Shown here: positions 19,501 through 25,211 of the stretch, piece after piece
Layout of the letters: every line of letters starts with the position of its first letter
Position numbering within the stretch: position 1 is the stretch's first letter
From: a virus
Taxonomy: Duplodnaviria; Caudoviricetes
Length of the DNA stretch: 25,211 nucleotides
IMG/VR virus record: IMGVR_UViG_3300017903_003623
Span: 1 to 25,211 of that record
Direction: 5' to 3' (one strand)
Made by a program: the position numbers and the translations under genes
The notes under the pieces: generated by a model
Databases searched by the model: none
The model's input: only the letters and a program-made list of their open reading frames with translations
Told to the model about the DNA's origin: nothing

Positions 19501-22500
19501 AATGTAAATTATACAGATATTCCATTTAACGGAGAAACTAGAAATAGTCAAATTATTGATTTTAGACCTAGAGTGGAATTTTATAATAAGAATACTTCAA
19601 CTTATGGTCCATTTTATTTTCACGGAGATAGAATAGTTAATAAAACATCATCATCAATTATAATTGATGATGAAAGCATGAACTTAGATTATTCATTTTT
19701 TACTCCAAGAATTGATAAAATTTCATTGTCCGAAAATGGATTCTTCGAATATTTAAAGGGTGTTCCTAGTGCCAATCCACAAATTCCATCAGTTGATGAA
19801 TATTCATTAGATTTATTCACAATATATCATCCAGCATATACTTTTGATATAAATGATATTCGTATTGATGCGACACCTCATAAGAGATATACGATGAGCG
19901 ATGTAAGAACTATTGAAAGTAGAGTAGAAAATTTAGAAAAATATACTACACTATCTTTAATGGAATTGGATGTGAATTCGCAAGTTATTTTCGATAAAGT
20001 TACCGGAGATGATAGATTTAAAACTGGATTTTTAGTTGATACTTTTATTGATGAGAGTTCTCAAGACACTAAAAATTTAAATAATTTTGTTTCTATTGAT
20101 AGTAAAATTGGAGAATTAAGACCACAGTCTCATACTAGATTTTTAGACTTAGTTTGGGGGTCAAAATCTTTCATTGGAATTGGGACTAATCCAGATCCTA
20201 ATATTGATCTAAGTGTTGCATCTGATTTGGAATCCACAAATCTAACAAAAACTGGTTCGTTAGTGACATTAAAATATGAAAGTGTTGATTTCTTAGAACA
20301 ACCTTATGCAAATGAATCTCTAACTGTTAATTCTACAAATATTGCTAATTATATTGGTAATATACAGTTATATCCAAGTTCCGATTCTTGGTTTAATGAT
20401 TCTTACTATCAAAATTTATCTAATTCGGTAAAAGATCCTTATATTGATACAAAAAATTCTAATAAAGATATAGAAAATACAAATTTTTATCAGAACAGAT
20501 TTAATTCTTGGAAAGATTTTTGGATCGGAACAAAATCTGATAATACTGAAAATGTTAATATTAATAATATTCAAGGCATTTCTATTAATTCTACTATAGA
20601 TACTAGTAATAAAAAATCTAATGCCAATAAAATATTCAATAAAAATATAATTCCATATTTAAGGAGAAGAAATTTCTCATTTAATTGTAATTCACTGAAA
20701 CCTGAAGAGAATTTTTATGCATTTTTAGATAAAAAATCTTTGTCTAATTTAATTATTCCAAAACTTATTGAAATTGAAATGATTTCTGGATCTTTTTCAA
20801 GTGGTGAAGATGTTATTGGAATATCTAATATTGAATCTGAGAGAGAATCGAATATCTTAATAAGATTTAGATTGGCAAAAACCAATCATTTAATGGGATC
20901 ATATAATAACCCAACTGAGATATATTCAAAAAATCCATATACAGGTTCGGATATTCAATCCGAGTATTCTCAAACATCAACAGTTTTAAATGTTGATTTG
21001 AACAGTTTATCGGATATTTCTGTTTCCAAATATTATGGTTATATACTAAATGGAATGAGTTTAATTGGTCAAACAAGTGGAGCTAAAGCAACAATTTCTA
21101 ATATTAGACTTAAGTCTAATCTAAATGGTTCATTGCAGGGAGCATTTTATATTCCAGAATTTTCACTAAGTAATCTAAATTTTTTAACTGGAAATAAAAA
21201 TCTAAAAATAACTAATGATTCATTTAATAGAGAATTTACAGGTGAAGATTTAAGTTTTGTAGAAACAAATCTCAATGTTACTGGAAAAATTCCTTTGTAT
21301 GAAAATGGAATTATCTCTACTAAATCTACATCTCTAGAAAGAATTTTTGGTAATAGTGATACTGCATCTAATGACGTTGTTTCGGACTTATATAGTGTTA
21401 ATAATTTTTCCAATAATACTTTAATTAACACGGGATATTCAAATCCTATATTTCAATTTTTCGAAGTTTCTACACCATCAGGAATTTTTATATCATCAAT
21501 AGATTTATATTTTTCCAGAAAATCTGATGATAATTTACCAATTACTTTAGACATAAGAACTGTAAGAGAGGGAAAACCAACATCCACACCCATACCATTA
21601 TCCAAGAAAACACTAAGTTCTAATGATATTAATGTTTCCACAGATTCATCATCTGCAACAACATTTACTTTTGACTCTCCAATTTTCTTAGAATCTAATA
21701 GAATTTATGCCATTTCTTTACATTCAGATTCTGATGGATATCAAATATATTCCTGTAATTATAACACCGATTCCGGGGTAGATCTTTTACAAGGGTCTAA
21801 TGTAAATAAAGTATCTTCTGTAGGAAAATTAATTCCAGCAACAAACATAGGAAGATCAACTAATAATTTGGTTAGTTTAAAATTCAAAATACGTAAATGT
21901 AAATTTACAAAGCAGTCTGGTTCTCTAACTTTTTATAATCCCAATTTAGATATTGGTAACAACCAACGACCAGTACTGAGAAATAATCCAGTAATTTCTT
22001 TGCAAAATAAAAAAATTATTGAATTATCAAGTAATATAACGACAGTTGGAGTTGCAACTTTAGGATTACAAGTGACTCAAAGTGGATCTGGTAATGAAAC
22101 TGGATTTTTAGTAGATACTTTAGGAGTAGTTGGACTTGGATCCACTTCAATTAATATTACTAAAGTCGGTACAGGACTTACTCCAACTACAGGAATACAT
22201 ACTTATTCTGGGGTGACATTTAACTCTTTATTTGGAAAGGGTAGTGGTTTAGTTGCAGATATTGCGGTCAATTCTGGATCTATATCATCAATAACAGTTA
22301 CAAATGGAGGTTCGCAATATTCTACAAGAGAAGTATTGGTTCCTAGTACTACTATAGGAAATACAGGTATTGATTTTGAGTTCTCGGTTGGAATTAGAAC
22401 TGAAATTAGTGAATTAGTTCTTGATAATGTGCAAGGAGAATTTGATAGTTCTAACGAATTACTTATTCGTAACGTATCAAGTGGATCAACTTCTAAGTTT

Positions 22501-23877
22501 GCAACCGATTTAATACCTTCTACAATTATAAATTATGAAGATTATCTAGATGGTTTACATTTTATTGTAAATCATAATAATCATGCAATGAATTCGGATT
22601 CTAATAAAGTTAAATTATTCGGACTAGAATCTAATTTACCACCTACTATTTTGTCTTCCGATATTTCTGGTACTGCAGATAGTTTAACTTTCGATTCTTC
22701 TTCGGGTATAGGATTCACTAATTTTGAAGGAGTTGGTGTAGCTGATACAAATCCTGGATACATTAAAATTGGAACTGAAATTATCCAATATGAATCTGTA
22801 AATGGCAATACTTTATCTGGTCTTACTAGAGGAATTGATCAATCAATTGCACAATCACATTCGAATGGTGATTATATTTACAAACATGAAATGAGTGGAG
22901 TTTCTTTAAGAAGATTTAACAAAGAATTTATTTTATCAGATTCAACCACGAATGAAGATAATAGTAATAAGTATTACTATTTGAAACTTGATATGAGTTC
23001 AAATGGAGTAGATAGATCTAATGAAGTAGATTTTCCTAAATTGTTCATAAATGAGAATAGCAGTGTTGGAGGTCCTAACGTAAGGGCAACTCAAAACATT
23101 GCATTTGATTCTTTCACTTCAAATATCCAATCTTTTATTCCTAATTTTTGTACAATACAGTCATCAATAAGAACTATATCTGGAACATCGATTGATGGAG
23201 TAGAAGTTTCATTCAAGGATAAGGGATTTGAGCCATGTCCATTTAATGAAACATATGAGTTTAATAGCACAAGATTAATTGCATCAAGAATAAATGAATT
23301 AGAATACTTGGATTCACTTCCAGGAAACAAATCTTTAACATATCAACTTGATTTGAATTCTAATGATGAAAATTTATCTCCTGTAATTGACTTGGAAAGA
23401 TGTGGATTAATATTAAGTTCAAATCTTATCAATAATCCCATAGGAGATTATACTACAAATTCCATAGTAAACACTCCAAATTATGATACAAATGAATGCG
23501 TTTATATATCCAAAACTATTGATTTGAAAATTCCATCAAATGGAATAAAAGTTATATTCGATGCTTTCAAACCAGAAAATTCTGATTTTAGAGTTCTTTA
23601 TAGAACAAATTCAGAATTAACTAATGATCCATCATTTAACCTTTTTCCAGGATATAACAATTTAGATCAATTCGGAAGAATTAAAAACTCAAAGAATAAT
23701 GATGGAAACCCAGATACATTTGTTAATTTTAGTGAAGTTGGTGAGTTTAAAACTAATGAATTTACAGTCACAACAGATGAAGACTTTACATCATTTGCAA
23801 TAAAAATTATTATGACTTCGACAAATTCAACAAATATACCTAAGATCAAAAATCTAAGAGTAATTACATCAAAATGA
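16525..23877 (+). CDS. Large virion structural protein, VrlC-like / DUF4815 family (2450 aa)
   Basis: N-terminal NLN..PYFDDF....NY.KVLFKPG..LQARELTTLQS.LQNQIE, plus PGADRL, LARRTYDESGDY, PGKAYVRGYE, KRYTM.D...IE.R..NLE.YTTLSL.E, RFKTGFLVD.F and C-terminal F..FAIKI.M......P.I..LR.I. This gene follows gp8 in cyanomyoviruses. Confidence 0.88.
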   Translation: MPQSINLNSNPYFDDFEESKNYKKVLFKPGVSLQARELTTLQSALQNQIEIFSNSIFSEGQVLEGGNIEYISNFSYILLEDNFNGIPVINYIDSLVGLTLIGSQSGIKAKVVSVVSSSTSDISKNTLYVKYLRSNPRNSNEKVFRSSEELLTSESIVIGATTFFQNTSIVRCFSNNQAGFGSAVRISSGKTYLKGFFVSFNEKLLILDQYSNTPTYKVGFEITEKIVTSLSDPAINDNARGFSNFASPGADRLEISCDLSKKILDDLDTDVFVEILRIENGQIKANNIQNQNNFITDELARRTYDESGDYIVDEFSLQIDNTLNDLKSNDGIYLDTERTYKNQVPSDDLISISASPGKAYVRGYEIEKISNTIFEVEKARETQTISNKNIPINFGKKIIVNNVTGDPAIGISTQFLELRDARRSNDDPDTENGNIIGYCRVYDSKLEGEYLDNSSIQTLYIYNLQLTTEIVVSDDITSYGVGSLIEGKYSGAKGYVMAKDESTTSLSGISTFSIFNISGEFLDNEPYYINGILDSRNIQSSRKYRFSDIKSVRNAGVAKTFSSDLVLNVINPLTAPTNSFDITGVSNGISTITATTVRFTNCKVNDIISFSITENSNSTLPNYLKINSKNDNDTQITVSEITATVGVNSSILPTSNRTLSDVSLLQPELEVSENPGFFAKLDDNLISNVNVNDSTIRIRKEFTNITVSSGNASVSSGSANLSFLPYTVGRYILLYSDGSTETLNSQKLLVSGDSRTITLRSLSKTSATDAKLIATMIKSTLNLTAKNIRSDFSIISNSNQNISGTGNNTLNDGLTPDNRKYGTRVQDKDICLNYPDVIRINGIFESETIEDPKCPTLTLTENTNNLTESIPGEEFYGEVSGALGKVIPTFNNQSNTNTKINFVYINNKKFKVGENVIFRSSGIRGKVSSFTFGSKNITSYYAFDNGQNDDYYDYSKIIRSSDDYIPSRRILILFERYNIESINDFVTVDGFENVNYTDIPFNGETRNSQIIDFRPRVEFYNKNTSTYGPFYFHGDRIVNKTSSSIIIDDESMNLDYSFFTPRIDKISLSENGFFEYLKGVPSANPQIPSVDEYSLDLFTIYHPAYTFDINDIRIDATPHKRYTMSDVRTIESRVENLEKYTTLSLMELDVNSQVIFDKVTGDDRFKTGFLVDTFIDESSQDTKNLNNFVSIDSKIGELRPQSHTRFLDLVWGSKSFIGIGTNPDPNIDLSVASDLESTNLTKTGSLVTLKYESVDFLEQPYANESLTVNSTNIANYIGNIQLYPSSDSWFNDSYYQNLSNSVKDPYIDTKNSNKDIENTNFYQNRFNSWKDFWIGTKSDNTENVNINNIQGISINSTIDTSNKKSNANKIFNKNIIPYLRRRNFSFNCNSLKPEENFYAFLDKKSLSNLIIPKLIEIEMISGSFSSGEDVIGISNIESERESNILIRFRLAKTNHLMGSYNNPTEIYSKNPYTGSDIQSEYSQTSTVLNVDLNSLSDISVSKYYGYILNGMSLIGQTSGAKATISNIRLKSNLNGSLQGAFYIPEFSLSNLNFLTGNKNLKITNDSFNREFTGEDLSFVETNLNVTGKIPLYENGIISTKSTSLERIFGNSDTASNDVVSDLYSVNNFSNNTLINTGYSNPIFQFFEVSTPSGIFISSIDLYFSRKSDDNLPITLDIRTVREGKPTSTPIPLSKKTLSSNDINVSTDSSSATTFTFDSPIFLESNRIYAISLHSDSDGYQIYSCNYNTDSGVDLLQGSNVNKVSSVGKLIPATNIGRSTNNLVSLKFKIRKCKFTKQSGSLTFYNPNLDIGNNQRPVLRNNPVISLQNKKIIELSSNITTVGVATLGLQVTQSGSGNETGFLVDTLGVVGLGSTSINITKVGTGLTPTTGIHTYSGVTFNSLFGKGSGLVADIAVNSGSISSITVTNGGSQYSTREVLVPSTTIGNTGIDFEFSVGIRTEISELVLDNVQGEFDSSNELLIRNVSSGSTSKFATDLIPSTIINYEDYLDGLHFIVNHNNHAMNSDSNKVKLFGLESNLPPTILSSDISGTADSLTFDSSSGIGFTNFEGVGVADTNPGYIKIGTEIIQYESVNGNTLSGLTRGIDQSIAQSHSNGDYIYKHEMSGVSLRRFNKEFILSDSTTNEDNSNKYYYLKLDMSSNGVDRSNEVDFPKLFINENSSVGGPNVRATQNIAFDSFTSNIQSFIPNFCTIQSSIRTISGTSIDGVEVSFKDKGFEPCPFNETYEFNSTRLIASRINELEYLDSLPGNKSLTYQLDLNSNDENLSPVIDLERCGLILSSNLINNPIGDYTTNSIVNTPNYDTNECVYISKTIDLKIPSNGIKVIFDAFKPENSDFRVLYRTNSELTNDPSFNLFPGYNNLDQFGRIKNSKNNDGNPDTFVNFSEVGEFKTNEFTVTTDEDFTSFAIKIIMTSTNSTNIPKIKNLRVITSK

Positions 23878-24074
23878 TAAAAGTAAATGGACATTCGGGT
23901 CTAAGAAGAGACCCAAATTCAAACTCAATTATAAATGTTGATATTGAATCTTATCACAAACATCGATATAATATAGAAAAAAACAATAATCAAGAGCAAA
24001 GAATATCTAAACTAGAAAAAAAGTTAGATACTGTTATAGATCTTTTAAGTGATCTTCTAAATAAAAATAACTAG
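23874..24074 (+). CDS. Conserved small hypothetical protein with C-terminal coiled coil (66 aa)
   Basis: ATGA overlap with the upstream stop. KV.GH..L.RD..S..IIN.D...Y followed by a heptad-like segment RISKLEKKLDTVIDLLSDLL. A similar ORF follows the VrlC-like gene in T4-like cyanophages (recalled). Confidence 0.85.
   Translation: MIKVNGHSGLRRDPNSNSIINVDIESYHKHRYNIEKNNNQEQRISKLEKKLDTVIDLLSDLLNKNN
24056..24063 (+). promoter_or_regulatory. T4-type late promoter variant, TCTAAATA
   Basis: TAAATA core within the 3' end of the 66-aa ORF, ending 27 nt before the gp13 ATG. This spacing is similar to the other two sites. Confidence 0.6.
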
Positions 24075-24090
24075 AGAATAGTAGTCAAAA

Positions 24091-24909
24091 ATGGCAAAAC
24101 CATCTACAAGACAGGGATTAATTGATTATTGTTTGCGTAGATTAGGTGCGCCAGTGCTTGAAATTAATGTTGATGATGATCAAATTGATGATCTAGTCGA
24201 TGATGCTTTACAATATTTTCAAGAACGTCATTTTGATGGTGTTCAAAGGGTATACTTAAAGCATCAAGTTAGTGCATCTGAAATTGATCAAGCAAGAAAT
24301 ACTGGAATTACAACAACTGCTACTTCCACTGTTGGAGTTAGCACTACTTATGATTGGACAGAAGCAGCAAATTTTATTCAAGTTCCAGATAGTGTGATTG
24401 GAGTTGAAAAGGTATTTAAATTTGGAAAATCCACAGTTTCTAGTGGAATGTTTAATATTCAATATCAATTATTTTTAAATGACATTTATTGGTTTGCATC
24501 TACAGAATTACTTTCATATTCAATGACTAAAAGTAGACTTGAAGATATTGATCATTTATTAACACCATCAAATCAAATAAGATTTAACAAAAGGCAAAAT
24601 AGATTATATTTAGATATTGATTGGTCTAGCTATAATAAAGATGATTACATAATTTTAGATTGCTTTAGAATTTTAGATCCAAATGATTTTACTGCAGTAT
24701 ATAATGATAGTTTCTTAAAGGAATATCTAACTGCATTAATAAAAAGACAGTGGGGACAAAATTTAATTAAATTCCAAGGAGTAAAACTTCCTGGAGGAAT
24801 AGAATTAAATGGAAGGCAATTATTTGATGATTCTATTAGAGAACTTGAAGATATTAAGCAAAAAATGTCTAGTTATTATGAATTACCACCTCTTGATTTT
24901 ATCGGATAA
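24091..24909 (+). CDS. gp13: Neck protein gp13 (head-tail adaptor)
   Basis: 272 aa. MAKPSTRQ.LIDYCLRRLGAPVLEINV..DQIDDLVDDALQYF.ERHFDG and FLKEYLTALIKRQWGQNLIKFQGVKLPGGIELNGRQ ... YELPPLDFIG are classic gp13. Confidence 0.97.
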   Translation: MAKPSTRQGLIDYCLRRLGAPVLEINVDDDQIDDLVDDALQYFQERHFDGVQRVYLKHQVSASEIDQARNTGITTTATSTVGVSTTYDWTEAANFIQVPDSVIGVEKVFKFGKSTVSSGMFNIQYQLFLNDIYWFASTELLSYSMTKSRLEDIDHLLTPSNQIRFNKRQNRLYLDIDWSSYNKDDYIILDCFRILDPNDFTAVYNDSFLKEYLTALIKRQWGQNLIKFQGVKLPGGIELNGRQLFDDSIRELEDIKQKMSSYYELPPLDFIG

Positions 24910-24914
24910 GATTC

Positions 24915-25211
24915 ATGGCACTTAATCCATTTTTTCAACAAGGGACAACAGCAGAACAAAATTTAGTTCAGAGTTTAATTAATGAGCAATTAAAAATCTA
25001 TGGTGTAGAAGTTTATTATATACCAAGAATATTCATAAATACAAATTCTGTAATAAGAGAAGTAATTCAATCAGAGTTTACTAATGCATATCCATTAGAA
25101 GCTTATATTCAAAATTTTGAAGGATTTCAGGGTAGTGGAGATCTAATGTCAAAATTTGGAGTCAGAGTAACTAATGAATTGAATTCAATAATTTCTCAAG
25201 AAAGGTATGAA
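24915..25211 (+). CDS. gp14: Neck protein gp14 (partial, runs off the right edge)
   Basis: ATG at 24915, open to the window end: MALNPFFQQGTTAEQNLVQSLINEQLKIYGVEVYYIPR...YPLEAYIQNFEGFQGSGDLMSKFGVRVTNE...ISQERYE. This is the gp14 N-terminus and follows gp13. It is missing from the ORF track because it has no stop in the window. Confidence 0.95.
   Translation, partial: MALNPFFQQGTTAEQNLVQSLINEQLKIYGVEVYYIPRIFINTNSVIREVIQSEFTNAYPLEAYIQNFEGFQGSGDLMSKFGVRVTNELNSIISQERYE

Noticed and set aside
2375-23877. Intein, intron, frameshift or stop-codon reassignment as an explanation for the giant ORFs
   Set aside because: I saw no intein splice motifs or LAGLIDADG/HNH signatures. The ORFs are uninterrupted in the standard code, and TAA, TAG and TGA are all used as genuine stops.
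16525-23877. Virulence function implied by the name VrlC
   Set aside because: The name derives from the Dichelobacter nodosus vrl locus. In this context the gene is a phage structural gene and nothing in the sequence supports a virulence role.
645-24468. All minus-strand ORFs in the track (60-133 aa), including 18519-18920 (133 aa)
   Set aside because: They lie entirely antisense to long, well-supported structural genes, have no recognisable motifs, and are the shadow ORFs expected from the sense-strand codon bias.
25034-25041. CATAAATA late-promoter-like motif inside gp14 (similar hits occur inside the large genes)
   Set aside because: Not positioned upstream of a visible start codon, and such matches are expected by chance in very AT-rich DNA.

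Overview
AT-rich (under about 30% GC by eye), wall-to-wall plus-strand late structural operon of a T4-like myovirus with the cyanomyovirus (Kyanoviridae-like) gene order. The order is: 3' end of a hypothetical gene, gp25, gp6, a giant gp7-like wedge protein (4183 aa), gp8, a VrlC/DUF4815-like virion protein (2450 aa), a 66-aa coiled-coil ORF, gp13 neck, and the 5' part of gp14 neck. Three T4-type late promoter motifs (TAAATA core) precede gp25, gp8 and gp13. I see no RNA genes, CRISPR arrays, introns/inteins or mobile elements, and no clearly new multi-gene system. Four signals stand out: (i) a short G-[IV]-[GAST]-[TS] motif scattered through unrelated virion proteins, a possible virion-wide modification sequon; (ii) the nested, repeat-built gp7, with a split YHYH-like domain; (iii) an inserted beta-propeller of about 410 aa in gp7; (iv) apparent GATC enrichment. 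Family assignments come from recalled motifs and synteny, not from database searches.
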